64,000 bases of DNA, taken from NCBI GenBank assembly GCA_002269645.1, contig NIVC01000031.1, positions 744,001 to 808,000 on the forward strand. Reading direction: 5' to 3'. Every line of letters starts with the position of its first letter. The stretch's first letter is position 1. Origin of the DNA: Macrostomum lignano (taxonomy: Eukaryota). Under the pieces are notes generated by a model that worked only from the letters and a program-made list of their open reading frames with translations, made no database searches and had not been told where the DNA came from. The position numbers and the translations under genes were made by a program. This document shows, piece by piece, positions 1 to 15,973 of the stretch.

Positions 1-960
1 ACAGATTGGTGTAGAGTGACAGATTGGTGTAGAGTGATAGATTGGTGTAGAGTGACAGATTGGTGTAGAGTGACAGATTGATTGAGAGTGACAGATTTAG
101 TGTAGAGTGACAGATTGGTGTAGAGTGACAGATTGGTGTAGAGTGACAGATTGGTGTAGAGTGACAGATTGGTGTAGAGTGACAGATCGGTGTAGAGTGA
201 CAGATTGGTGTAGAGTGACAGATTGGTGTAGAGTGACAGATCGGTGTAGAGTGACAGATTGATGTAGAGTGACAGATTGATGTTGAGTGACAGATTGATG
301 TTGAGTGACAGATTGGTGTAGAGTGACAGATTGGTGTAGAGTGACAGATTGGTGTAGAGTGACAGATTGATTGAGAGTGACAGATTGGTGTAGAGTGACA
401 GATTGGTGTAGAGTGACAGATTGGTGTAGAGTGACAGATTGGTGTAGAGTGACAGATTGGTGTAGAGTGACAGATCGGTGTAGAGTGACAGATTGGTGTA
501 GAGTGACAGATTGATTGAGAGTGACAGATTGATTGAGAGTGACAGATTGGTGTAGAGTGACAGATTGGTGAAGAGTGACAGATTGGTGTAGAGTGACAGA
601 TTGATTGAGAGTGACAGATTGGTGTAGAGTGACAGATCGGTGTAGAGTGACAGATTGATGTTGAGTGACAGATTGATTAAGAGTGACAGATTGATTAAGA
701 GTGACAGATTGGTGTTGAGCGACAGATTGATTAAGAGTGACAGATTGGTGTTGAGTGACAGATTGATTAAGAGTGACAGATTGGTGTAGAGTGACAGATT
801 GGTGTAGAGTGACAGATTGATTGAGAGTGACAGATTGGTGTAGAGTGACAGATTGATTGGGAGTGACAGATTGGTGTAGAGTGACAGATTGGTGTAGAGT
901 GACAGATTGATTGAGAGTAAAAGATTGATTGAGAGGGACAGATAGATGTAGAGTGACAGA
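1..960. repeat. 18-bp minisatellite (GTGACAGATTGGTGTAGA), probably intronic
   Basis: About 50 near-identical 18-bp units seen directly; they explain the spurious (HQSVTL)n ORF 97..1005. Confidence 0.95.
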
Positions 961-1156
961 TAATGAAAACTTCAATAATCGTATAAAATGAAAGATTAGG
1001 CACAAGATTAAAATATTGACTTCATAGAATAGACCTGATTATTTATTGATTTCATGCAAGAGTAAAAATAGTTCAAATTCAGGAAAATTTAAGCTATTCG
1101 AGAATAAATGCTTTTAACAGTTACTATTTATGACGCCAATCCAAACTAATTAACAG

Positions 1157-3559
<2,403 letters not shown>

Positions 3560-4191
3560 TAAAGATTTTTGAAATGATTAAAAATACCGAATGCTTCGTT
3601 TAAAAATGTGTATTTTTTACTTTGTCTGACTAACTTTTTATTATTTGCCAATTTTCCTTACCAATAAATTGATCTCTAAAATGTATCCTGCAAAAATTTA
3701 CAATGACGCCATTTTTTTGAAACATAATAACAACTTTTTATACGCCTCGAACAAACGTAGTGTGAACTGTATGAAAACATGTTATAATGTTTACACACAA
3801 CTACTCATGTAATATGCTGGTCTTCTTAAATATATTTTATTGTGTCATTTAAACAAATACATACTTAAAGCTACTACGGGTTGTACGTGAATATACTACA
3901 GAGAAAACGAATAATTCTACATAAAAATGAGTAGCTTTGATCCTCTTTTTTACGATGTTAATTTCTCACGAAAAAAGATTAAAACGAGAAAATGTTACAT
4001 GTTAACTCTTGGGTAGAAAATAACATGCAACATACGCGTAAAATCACGATAGAAGAATACAAAAGTATTTTTGTTGATAAAATAGACGCACAACTAAAAT
4101 GATGAAAAATATAGAATCACAGATTAAGCTCAGTTTCTGTCAAATGATAAGTAACATGTTACAAGAGTTTGTTGCCATTTCAAAAATCCAC

Positions 4192-4404
4192 CTATCGATA
4201 ATCGTCCTTCTGTCTCTTTGCCTGTATTTTAAAGTAGGAACAATAGGCCAGACAGATGCAGACCGACACCAGGCAGCCGACAAAGATCACCAGCAGGACG
4301 ATCACGGCAACCTCGTTGAAATAGTTGCAGCCCCAGTTGGTGACCACTCCGTTGGTGTAGCAGTCGGATATCTGGATGTTTTCCGGGGCGTTTGTTAAAC
4401 CCAT
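4192..4404 (-). CDS. 70-aa small single-pass membrane protein (hypothetical)
   Basis: A-rich start context AAAACA-ATG; hydrophobic stretch VAVIVLLVIFVGCLVSVCICLAYC followed by a basic KIQAKRQK stop-transfer signal; AATAAA on the minus strand at 3836-3841. Confidence 0.6.
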   Translation of the reverse strand: MGLTNAPENIQISDCYTNGVVTNWGCNYFNEVAVIVLLVIFVGCLVSVCICLAYCSYFKIQAKRQKDDYR

Positions 4405-5229
4405 TGTTTTTTGTTATCGCTCAAACCGGAGAGACACGACGTTAGCCTTGAGCTGCTCTCCGTTTATAAGCCTACCATGTTTATGCCAGAAATTTCTCTT
4501 CAAGCACGACTTCTTTTCTCTTACACAGGTTGACTTAAAGGCCTGAGCTAGCTCGTATTGGTAGCTAGCAGATTTGATTTAATATCGATTTTCTCTACGT
4601 CCGTACCGCGCACGCACGTCATTCACTTATAGCCGGGATTTGTTCCACCCCAACTGTTGCACTAAGGAGTGGGTTCTTGCCCAAGTCAGTTTTTTTCTCC
4701 TCTCTCTCTCTCAGTCTGCTTCGATCAACTACAGATCAAAACGCGTCAGTCTATTTTTAGCTACCATGTCTTTAGTATTTTACTTTGCTAGCCTCTACCC
4801 ACAAGTACCCGCGGTAATATTATTATTATTGTTACCCCGGTGTTTACATTTAGTGCGACAAAAGCCATAAAAATTATGTATATGTCGACATGGACTAAAT
4901 AGCTTACCTTTTAGTCCAACGATTAATTGTCTTCTCTAAGTGAACAAGCGATTTGGTTCTATCCAAGGCTACTTCAAGTAGCAAAGTTTGAATTACTCTG
5001 TGGACAATTGGAAATTAAAAATTCAAATTCGAAAACTCCAAGGGAGGTCTCCGATAAAATTGTTTTTTATGTCGCAATCTTTAATTCTGCTTTGAGCAGC
5101 CATTGTGCCAGGTGAATCTACCTGCGAAGGGAGCTGGGAAATTGACAATCTGGTCAGGTCTCGTGTCTAAAAAGATGGATAGATAAAACGCCACCGTGAA
5201 GGCATGAGCCCCAGAAGCTGGTATCTTCT

Positions 5230-5664
<435 letters not shown>

Positions 5665-6402
5665 ATATGTAACAGCACATGCCTCTTTAGCTTATTAATG
5701 CAAGACTTAAAAGTACATCCGAATTCTTTATTCTTTGTATTTGCATAAGCAGGATAAGGGATATTGCATAATTTTTTAAAATATAGAAATGGATATTATG
5801 CAACTTTGGTTAGATCGGAATTGCCGAACTGAATGTAACAGAATATCTGTAGTTATTTTTAGTAATGAACAAAATCATTGAACGGCTGGCGATTAAAACA
5901 TAATTGGCGACGTCTACTAGAATCAATAAGCATTTTGAAAAAAGATGGTTGGTTGGTACTAGAATATCTACGAGTATCTGTGAACTCAGATTAGTACAAG
6001 CGTACATGTCAGAAAATCGATAATTTTACGAGTGATGTGTGCAGTGATGTTGGACAAAATAATCTACGAGTAATACAAGCTTTACGAGCTATTTTCAACA
6101 GATGAGTTGAATGTTAATAACGAGCGTAAAACCTTAATAATGGGTTTTCAGCGTGGCACTTGCAATCTACTTTTAACGACCTGCATCCTGTACAGCAGTG
6201 ACGTCGTTATCCGTCGGCCTCTTTTCGCTAATAAAACTGCCCGCTTAATTGTCGATCGACCTCGAAATATTGTATCGGTATAACGACCTTCTTTGACCCA
6301 TTTCTATCAACAGAGGAAATATATATATATTGATCCAATCGAAGTTTTTGTTCAGCACAAAACATCAAGATCAGTACATAGTACGAAATTTAGAATCACA
6401 GT

Positions 6403-9400
6403 TTAAAGTTGCGTTGTTTTCCTCGAATTTTGTTGATGCTGCTGTTGCTGCTGTTTCAGAATCATCTGTCTCAGCTGTTCCGCTTTGCCAGTAAACGACG
6501 CTGGCCTTTCAGCAGCCGCTGCATCGGTTGCGGCCACGTCGGCTAGCTGCGGATTCGCCACAGATCGGCGCAGTTGAATTGGCGATGAGTCTCCGTTGTT
6601 CACTGCTGGAGTTGGCTTCGGCGAGGTGTTACTAACAGTAGTTGCTGCACTGGAACTAGATGCGGAAGATGAAGCACCTGCTACAGCAGCTGGACCATTC
6701 GAAGAAGCAGGAGCAGCAGCGGCAGAAATCTTTGTTGTTGTGGACGAAACAGGAGTACTGCTGGTGGCAACGGATTCTTTAGTGGCATCAATAGACTTGT
6801 TGGAGTTCTCAGCAGCAACTGCAGCGGTTGCCGCAACGGATCCAGATGGCACGATGATCATCCTGGATCCAGCGCTCTTTCTATTGAGCTGCGCCTCAAT
6901 CTGCTGGCTGGGTTCAACCTGACCGGAGTCGATCTTTTTCCGTCGCAGTTCAACCAGGCGTCGAAGCTCCTGATCGTGGTCCGGCGTGGCTGCGGCCGGT
7001 TTTGCTAGCAGGGAGCGTCGGCGAATAATTGCCACGGAGGCGGCGGTCGACGGAGTGCCAAGCGACGGCTTCGGCGGCGGAGGAGGCGGCGGCGCAGTCG
7101 GCGGTGGCGGTGGCACCCGGGTGGGCAACGGCGCTATGGTGGATATTTTCCGATCAATTTGACTTTGCTGCTCGTCGAGATTTGGTGGATCTGAAGCGCT
7201 TTGAGTTGGATTGGATTGATCGTTTCTTAGACTGCTTTGCTGTTGAACATCGTTTCCAAAACCTTCTGGTGCGGGCAAAACTTCCACAGGTTCTTCTATC
7301 GGTGCTTTGACGCCTGTAGTAGCAGCTTTTGGAGCCTCGTTGACTTCTGGCTGCTGCTCTGCTTCTGGTGACGCGGCAGCCACTGCGGCAGCAGCGCCTG
7401 CAGTAACCACTGCACTTTTGGCTACTGGTTGAACTGTTGATTTCTCAGGTGTGTCAGATTTTGACGTTGTAGCGCTAGTATTTGTGTCTTTATTCTCGGT
7501 TTCTGCTACCGCAACAGGCTCTGGCTGAGTCGTCTGCTCCGCAGGCAACGGGTCCTCGGGAATTTCTTCGTAGCAGTTGAGCGTTCGGTCTAGCATGTCT
7601 GTTCAATTTTATAGGCAGGTGTGAAAAGTGTAGAAAAGTTGATGTTAGGATATCGTTAGAAAATACTCAAGATAGCTTGTAAAATGTAAAATCGCATACC
7701 AATGGCTCTTAACGGTTCGGTGTCGCTTTGAACAGAGAGCACCGATTGACTGTGGCCGTCTCGAACCGGAGTTGGCGGCGTCAGCAGTTTCAGTGTCAGA
7801 GTGTCACCTGTGATTAACTGCAGACAGTCGGCGTGAGACAATGCCCGAACGTCTACTCCGTTGATCTCCAGCACCAGGTCATCCTGGCGCATTCCTGCTA
7901 AATAAGCCGGCTTGCCAGGTTCGATGGGGCCCAGGATCTGACGCGACGACGTGGCATTGGAGTCCGGACTGGCCGAGATTGGAGTCTTACTGCCTTTCAG
8001 AGTGAAGCCGAAGCCGCCACCGGAGCTACGCTGAATGACAACCGTGCGAGCCAGCTGCTCTGGTGGCAGAGAATCTTTTCGGCTGTAAATGAAAGGTGTT
8101 TTTTCCTGAGATTAGCAAAACATGTATAATTTTTTACAATCAAGTGTTTTACCAGCAGGACTAGCTCGGATTTACGAAACTGTCCACATTTTCGGTACAG
8201 TGTCGCCGTTAGAGCGATAAATCGGTAATTAGAGTTGCTAATTATTAAGAGCATAATGGTATTTGATACTGTATGCACCCTGGTCGCACTTTAATCACAT
8301 TGTCACACAATCACCACTACAACCACTACCGCATTACTGCCCGTTCTGCCGACTGCCCTAAGCAGGCACACAATTAGCGCACGCGGATACGTACGCAGTC
8401 ATACGCACAGGCACACACTCACACAGAAGTGTTAGACATGTACATGTACACTTCACTGTGCATTGGGGCCGACCATCAAGGGCATTAATTGCACAAGCAG
8501 CGCCAAGCCGAGGTTCCAATTTAGCCCCCAATGTGAGCACACTTGGAATCGAGCCTGGGCCGCTGGCACATCAGAGCCCCCAGGCTAAACCACTGGGCTA
8601 CGGCACCTAAGTAAAAAAATTATTTATAGTGTACCAACTGTTTGCTTACCTTCCAGCAAAGACAAACTCGCTTCTCGTTGAATAATGGCTACCTGTAAGT
8701 AAATTTGGTCGATAGAAAAAATAATAGTCAATTTTACTTTACAAAAATTCGCTAATTTTTTACTCAGGCAGTCAAGAGAGAATCCTAAAGAGAATCCTAC
8801 GAGCGTATCTAGTAACTTTAACAAGTATATTTGAATAAGCAAGCAATAAGTTTATAAAAAAGTATGGTGCAGTGAAAAACCGATAGCATTGCAAGCATGA
8901 CCCCGAATTTGTATAATTTTATAAGCATATCTCCCATCGCTAGTATTGAGTTGAACACGACCATCTCAAACGTCACAAGCACCGCTTATTTGCCGAAGGG
9001 CGCAACAAGAGAGTTGAAGCTCTTAATAGCTGTCTATGCAATGCTCAAACAAGATTTTGCTCTTCCCTGGGGATTATTGATCGAGACTTGATGCAAAAAT
9101 ACACGTGCAACACACGAATACATCTGGACTCTAGGCATATCAGTCATACACTGAAATGAATCCTCGTACTCAATAAGCTATCTTCATTTTTGAGCTTAAG
9201 ATAAATAGTAAACAGGTAGACATCTGTTTTCAACTAATATTTTACGCGTGAAAAGTTTTCTTCTAGAGGTACATACGTTAGTCAAAGAATCTTCGGGATT
9301 TAAGTAAATTTGAGCGGTTTTGAGAAAACACATGGAAAAGACCGCAATACTGTTGTAATCAAGAACAAGAACAGAACACCAACCAAGAATTTGAACACAA

Positions 9401-12400
9401 AAGGCTGTGATTAGACTGAAAACACTAAAAGAACCAAGTGATTCTGTAGAGACACAGAAAGGATTACGAGCGTATCTTGTTGTTTAAACTTGAAGATAAA
9501 CTCGACTCAAAGACATTGAGGTCAAAGACGGCAGATCATAAGAACATGCACAAAGATGCAATTATGAACGCATAGCTCGTAAACCCTAAAAAATGAAAGT
9601 CCCTTACCAACTGTCGCTCCGAATCCAGCAGCCATCGAAGAAGACACAGATAGGCGGCCCATAGACAGGTCTCGCTCAAACAGGGTGCTCTGTGACCTAC
9701 CCGCCTGTTGGTGCACCTGCTGCCTGTAGTGGGCCCCACCGACGCTGGCTAGTGAGCCCCAACCGCGACTTCCGTAGCCCAGTGATTGACCGCCGCCAAG
9801 GTTGCTGTTTGTTCGTCTTCGACGCGTGTTCAGTCTGGGCTTAGCCTCGATCGGAGTCACTTCGGAGGGGCTGAAGTCGCGGATCAGCTCGGCTAGACTT
9901 TGGTTGCCAGCCAGCAACGCCGTGTCCTCGGCGTTATGACCCTGGTAGTTTTTTATTTGCCTATCGGCGCCCCGTCTTAGAAGTGTCCTGGCGCATTCAA
10001 GCTGCGAATGTTTGTTCGAATGCAATTTAGGAACACTTCAGTGAAACCTGTCTTATTTCAATTCGTTCGAGTAACCTGATGTCTGTCTGAATTTGAAGTA
10101 GATATCTAAGAAGACAATATACTGTAGACAATGGCAGTGACACCAAATGTCCTAGGAAAAAAAGATCTAATAGAGGTGACACCAAATGTCCTAGGAAAAC
10201 AAGATCTAATACAGGGGACACCAAATGTCCTAGGAAAACAAGATCTAATACAGGGGACACCAAATGTCCTAGGAAAACAAGATCTAATACAGGGACACCA
10301 AATGTCCTAGGAAAACAAGATCTAATACAGGGGACACCAAATGTCCTAGGAAAACAAGATCTAATACAGGGGACACCAAATGTCCTAGGAAAACAAGATC
10401 TAATACAGGGGACACCAAATATCCTATGAAAACAAGATCTAATAGAGGGGACACCAAATGTCCTAGGAAAACAAGATCTAATACAGGGGACACCAAATAT
10501 CCTAGGAAAACAAGATCTAATACAGGGGACACCAAATGTCCTAGGAAAACAAGATCTAATACAGGGGACACCAAATGTCCTAGGAAAACAAGATCTAATA
10601 CAGGGGACACCAAATGTCCTAGGAAAACAAGATCTAATACAGGGGACACCAAATGTCCTAGGAAAACAAGATCTAATAGAGGGGACACAAAATGTCCTAG
10701 GAAAACAAGATCGAATAGAGGGGACACCAAATGTCCTAGGAAAACAAGATCTAATACAGGGGACACCAAATGTCCTAGGAAAACAAGATCTAATACAGGG
10801 GACACCAAATGTCCTAGGAAAACAAGATCTAATACAGGGGACACCAAATGTCCTAGGAAAACAAGATCGAATAGAGGGGACACAAAATGTCCTAGGAAAA
10901 CAAGATCTAATAGAGGGGACACAAAATGTCCTAGGAAAACAAGATCTAATAGAGGGGAAACAAAATGTCCTAGGAAAACAAGATCTAATAGAGGGGACAC
11001 CAAATGTCCTAGGAAAACAAGATCGAATAGAGGGGACACCAAATGTCCTAGGAAAACAGGGTCTAATAAAAAACTTAACTTAACTTAGCAAGCTATAGCT
11101 TAGTCGTCAAATTATCTTAAATCCAATTTTGCTAAGCAAATCAACTTTACCTACCTGATTAGCCAGAGCAGAAACGTGCAACGGTGTGTTACCGTGAGTT
11201 GAAGTGCTATTAATATCGGCACCGTAGGTCAGGAGCAGTTCAAGATGGTGCTCCCTGCCCAGTTTGCAGGCCTGTGGATGATTTAGGAATGCAATAAATT
11301 GCAGCAGAGCTGTGGGCATCCTGGAAAAAAACCTTCGGAGAAATCGTCCACCATTAATCCACTGACTCCTCAGCACAAATATACTGTACGCTGTCACACA
11401 CTCATACACACGCTCACACAGGGTGTACAGCGGCTCTGACTTTCTTATTGACAGGCATGTGCACATTCAGCGCCTTGGGGGCTGGCCCTCATGGCTTTGA
11501 AGAGCGCGACAACCCCCAACTGAATGTCGCCGCGCACCAGGGGTTGCGGCGTGAGAATCAGATGCGTGTTTTTCAACAAAGACCAATTAATGCCGAACCT
11601 GGTGAATTTCGCATAGGCCCTTGTCGTCCCTGATGCCCAGGCAGCTTCCATCGTATAGCAGCATCTCGGCAACCACGGTGGAACCGCTGTGAAGGATGCT
11701 GTGGTATAACGGAGTCAAACCGCCTGAGTCTAGGCAATTCGGAGACTGACCTAGGTCGAGTAGAGTCTGGAAAATATTTTTAAGATTGTGATTCAGTAGG
11801 TCAGTGATGCAGTGACTCAGTAGGTCGGTGATGCAGTGACTCAGTAGGTCAGTGATGCAATGAATCATGCTCACCTGTATAGACTCCCCATTGCCAGTGA
11901 TGGCGGCCAGGTGCATAGCCGTCAGACCTTTGGCGTCGCGAAAATCCAGAAATGCTCCGCCAGAAATCAGCGTCAGAATCATTTCGCGCGAACGTTTGAG
12001 CTCAGTAGCTACCATCAGGGCTGTGGCTGGAAGGTATTGATAGGTAAATTGAAAATTTATTATTAGTGAAAAAGCTAAGTTCTGAACAAGCATTGGCTTT
12101 GACAGCTTAGCAAAGATCGAGTAAAGCAGGATAGCGATGATGACAAACGTCTTTGGAAATTGGGTCTGATAGCGGTGACATCAAAGGTACAAGGAAGTGG
12201 GGTCTGATGGCGGCAACATCAAAGGTACAATGAAATGAAGTCTGATGGTGGCGAGATTAAAGGTACAATGAAATGGTGTCTGATGGCGGCGAGATCAAGG
12301 GTTCAAGGAAATGGGGGTCCAGTGGCGGTGACAACAAAGGTACAATGAAATGGGGTCTGATGGCGGCGACATCAAAGGTACAATGAAATGGGCCAGGTTT

Positions 12401-15400
12401 TATCGCGGCGAGATCAAATGTTTAAGGAAATGGGGGTCCAGTGGCGGTGACATTGAAGGTCAATGAGATGTGGTTCAGTGGCGGTAACATCAAAGGAAAT
12501 AACAGAATGCATATATTTAATGGCGGTAAAATTAAAGGAAAAATAAATAGTTCGTAATTTATTAACAAATTTAGGACTACTATTGACAGTCCTATCTAAT
12601 CCAAAAAATGTACTTTAAAAATTTTAGTTATACGCCCGTATTTAAACTACGTAAAAAGGCTGCAAGCACTCTACCAAACGTTTCAATTGGCACGAGGCCT
12701 TCGACTGTATAAACAGTATAAATGCGAAATTAACACATTCACATGTAACACTCAATCGTCTGTTTAAAAGCTAATTGGAATGCTTTGTTAACACACTCTG
12801 ACTCCTCGATGAGTTTCTTAATTGGTTTATTATTACCTTTACACAGTGTATACCAAATTTTATAATACGACGATTAACTTTATAGCACTGGACCTCAGCG
12901 ATGTTATTATTACTTTACGATTCAAGTTTTGGAGGTGCTGACTGTAAATGCGGTTAGACCAAGCACATGTATAATCGCTTGGTTGTAAAGTGAGAGCTCT
13001 AAGTGTATGATGTGTGTGCGTGTGAAAAATTGCTTGCAGAAAATCTCCAATTTCAATGGTCAAGGCATGACTTACACACTAGAATGAAATGTTTCGCTGT
13101 AAACAGAAGGTAAAGGCGGTTTAAGATGGAAGAATACTACAGGTAAAGCAAAGGCACGATTTTACCGGCATTTTTTAATGGGAGTTGGGAGAGAGACAGG
13201 TAGGGTAGTAGAGAGAGAAGAATAACAGAAACATACAGGTCACAGAGATGGACAGACAGGTCACACAGATGGACAGACAGGTCTCAGAGATGGACAGACA
13301 GGTCTCAGAGATGGACAGACAGGTCACAGAGATGGACAGACAGGTAACAGAGGTGGACAGACAGGTCACAGAGATGGACAGACAGGTAACAGAGGTGGAC
13401 AGACAGGTCACACAGATGGACAGACAGATCACAGAGATGGACAGACAGGTCTCAGAGATGGACAGACAGGTCACAGAAATGGACGGACAGGTAAAAGAGA
13501 TGGACAGACAGGTCACAGAGATGGACAGACAGGTCACACAGATGGACAGACAGGTCACAGAGAGGGACAGGCAGGTAACACAGATGGACAGACAGGTCAC
13601 AGAGAGGGACAGGCAGGTAACACAGATGGACAGACAGGTCACAGAGATGGACAGACAGGTAACAGAGATTGACAGACAGGTCACAGAGATGGACAGACAG
13701 GTCACACAGATGGACAGACAGGTCACAGAGATGGACAGACAGGTAACAGAGGTGGACAGACAGGTCACAGAGATGGACAGACAGGTAACAGAGGTGGACA
13801 GACAGGTCACAGAGATGGACAGACAGGTAACAGAGGTGGACAGACAGGTCACACAGATGGACAGACAGATCACAGAGATGGACAGACAGGTAACAGAGAT
13901 GGACAGACAGGTCACAGAGATGGACAGACAGGTCACACAGATGGACAGACAGGTCACAGAGAGGGACAGGCAGGTAACACAGATGGACAGACAGGTCACA
14001 GAGATGGACAGACAGGTCACAGAGATGGACAGACAGGTCACAGAGATGGACAGACAGGTCACACAGATGGACAGACAGGTCACAGAGAGGAACAGGCAGG
14101 TCACAGAGAGGAACAGACAAGGTCACAGAGAGCAACAGAGGTCACAGACAAATACAAACAGGTCACAGAAAAAAACTACTATATACCCCATATAATACCC
14201 CAGCCTCACCTCCGTTGCTCTTGCAGGGCACATTGGGATCCAGTCCGCTGCTCAGGTGCATATTGACAGCTGCTGTGTCACCGGCTTGCAACGATTGTAC
14301 AAAATGTTTTAAATTTGACTGTAAGAATTCGATAAATTGTTATTTATTAGTTGGATTATAAATAAAGTACAGTTTACATAGATCAGTAAAGTTTGCTCAC
14401 TTTTGAATTGGCGCGTTTAATTTTGCTGACGCTGAGACTTGAGTTTCGATAAATTCTGCGTTTGTACCGAAGCTGAAAATTTTTCAGATAAATAATTCAA
14501 TATTTAGTTATAATAACTGCTGCTAATATAACTGTACTCGTATCTGTGTGTGCTTTATCTTATCTGAAAGCAAACGCATATCAAATAATACAGAAAACGC
14601 ATATTGACTTATTTATTGGGTCTAATTCTAAATATAGAAACACAGAAGTTTTAACCGTAGCGTATAATGTGGTACATTTTTAATTGATGCTGTTTCTACT
14701 GTTTGTCTCTGGAGAACTTAGTCGACACTCTCCCTACTTAAGGATGTACACAATCATCTCATTCTTGAGCACTTAGTTCACACCCTCACTTCTCAAAGCC
14801 ACTAAAAAATCTCAGACGATTGATTTCAAAGCAACGTACCTCAACGTCTCCAATCGGCCCAGTCATTGGATATTCGTTAAGCAACCTTTCTTCTTGTAGG
14901 AATTTACCAGCTCTGCCTCTGTTGCCAGGCAGGTACAAACCGTAATTAAGCTTGTCTGGGAGGTTTCTGCCTAGTAGGTCTAGAGCCCGTAGCTTTACTG
15001 CGTGTACGGTTGTGTCCGAGGCGAACTGAAGGCATTTCTGCACAAGTTGAGAATGAGTTTTTTTGGATAGAACGACTTTGTCTTTGGTAGATTTACAGAT
15101 CTAATTTTCAGTTTTTTTCTCAGTGACAGCATCTGTCTTGGCGTCTGCTTTAGCGCCTGGTCTGCCTCTTTGTATGACTTCAGTGGCTGTCTCAGTGTCT
15201 GTCTCAGTGTCTGTCTAATTGCCTGTATCAGTGTCTGTCTCAGTGTCTGTCTCAGTATCTGTCTCAGTGTCTGTCTCAGTGTCTGTCTCAGTGTCTGTCT
15301 CAGTATCTGTCTCAGTGTCTGTCTCAGTGTCTGTCTCATTGTCTGTCTCAGTGTCTGTCTCAGTGTCTGTCGCAGTGTCTGTCTCAGTGTCTGTCTCAGT

Positions 15401-15973
15401 GTCTGTCTCAGTGTCTGTCGCAGTGTCTGTCTCAGTGTCTGTCTCAGTGTCTGTCTCATTGCCTGTCTCAGAGTCTGTCTCAGTGTCTGTCTCAGTGTCT
15501 GTCTCAGTGTCTGTCTCAGTGTCTGTCGCAGTGTCTGTCTCAGTGTCTGTCGCAGTGTCTGTCTCAGTGTCTGTCTCAGTGTCTGTCTCAGTGTCTGTCT
15601 CAGTGTCTGTCGCAGTGTCTGTCTCATTGCCTGTCTCAGAGTCTGTCTCAGTGTCTGTCTCAGTGTCTGTCTCATTGCCTGTCTCAGAGTCTGTCTCAGT
15701 GTCTGTCTCAGTGTCTGTCTCAGTGTCTGTCTCAGTGTCTGTCGCAGTGTCTGTCTCAGTGTCTGTCGCAGTGTCTGTCTCAGTGTCTGTCTCAGTGTCT
15801 GTCTCAGTGTCTGTCTCATTGCCTGTCACAGTGTCTCAGTATCATAAAAGCAACAGTCAATAAATCCTGCCTTCCCTTACCTCAGCCTTCGTTTCCGGCA
15901 CTCGAATCCGCAGGCTGATGAGAGCTGCCGAGGCGCCAGAGTCCTGAGTCGGACTGCTCTCTGCTGCAGCCAT
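6403..15973 (-). CDS. SHANK: Shank/ProSAP-family scaffold (N-terminal SPN/FERM-like domain, ankyrin repeats, PDZ, Pro-rich region), ~974 aa, 11 coding exons
   Basis: Exons 15973-15881, 15037-14840, 14472-14401, 14318-14210, 12026-11875, 11766-11599, 11271-11155, 10001-9608, 8692-8650, 8082-7700, 7598-6403; all GT-AG, total 2925 nt, open frame. Shank motifs [24 protein letters not shown] and LRYKRRIY; ankyrin repeats ([17 protein letters not shown]); PDZ with [14 protein letters not shown] on the minus strand at 5727-5732; probable 5'UTR exon ending at donor 16386. Confidence 0.93.
8274..8607 (-). mobile_element. tRNA-headed SINE family B, near full length, in a Shank intron
   Basis: Minus-strand head GGTGCCGTAGCCCAGTGG (A-box) ... 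GGCTCGATTCC (B-box); body aligns by eye with 59507-59793. Confidence 0.75.
10130..11065. repeat. 39-bp minisatellite in a Shank intron
   Basis: Unit ACAGGGGACACCAAATGTCCTAGGAAAACAAGATCTAAT, ~24 copies. Confidence 0.95.
11385..11530 (-). mobile_element. SINE family B fragment in a Shank intron
   Basis: Shared core with 2670-2795 and 59507-59793. Confidence 0.6.
12145..12540. repeat. Degenerate ~38-bp minisatellite in a Shank intron
   Basis: Unit close to GGGGTCTGATGGCGGCGACATCAAAGGTACAATGAAAT, ~10 copies. Confidence 0.85.
13230..14170. repeat. 21-bp minisatellite in a Shank intron
   Basis: Unit GGTCACAGAGATGGACAGACA; explains the (MDRQVTE)n ORF. Confidence 0.95.
15180..15840. repeat. 12-bp minisatellite (GTCTCAGTGTCT) in a Shank intron
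   Basis: Seen directly; explains the (RQTL)n, (SV)n and (TETD)n ORFs. Confidence 0.95.

Noticed and set aside
97-1005. 302-aa (HQSVTL)n ORF and similar long repetitive ORFs at 10284-11088, 13175-14195, 14995-15863, 31414-32444, 32810-33440, 35364-37352, 40500-41401 and 46165-46669
   Set aside because: They come from tandem units whose length is a multiple of 3 or that lack stops; most sit inside introns of well-supported genes or are open on both strands, so they are not coding evidence.
8153-8237. Candidate Shank exon with AG/GT ends
   Set aside because: It has stops in the required frame; the 43-nt exon at 8650-8692 restores the frame cleanly.
5700-9600. Search for hidden SH3 or SAM exons of Shank
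   Set aside because: No segment with SH3 or SAM signatures and usable splice sites found by eye; a computational search could still find one.
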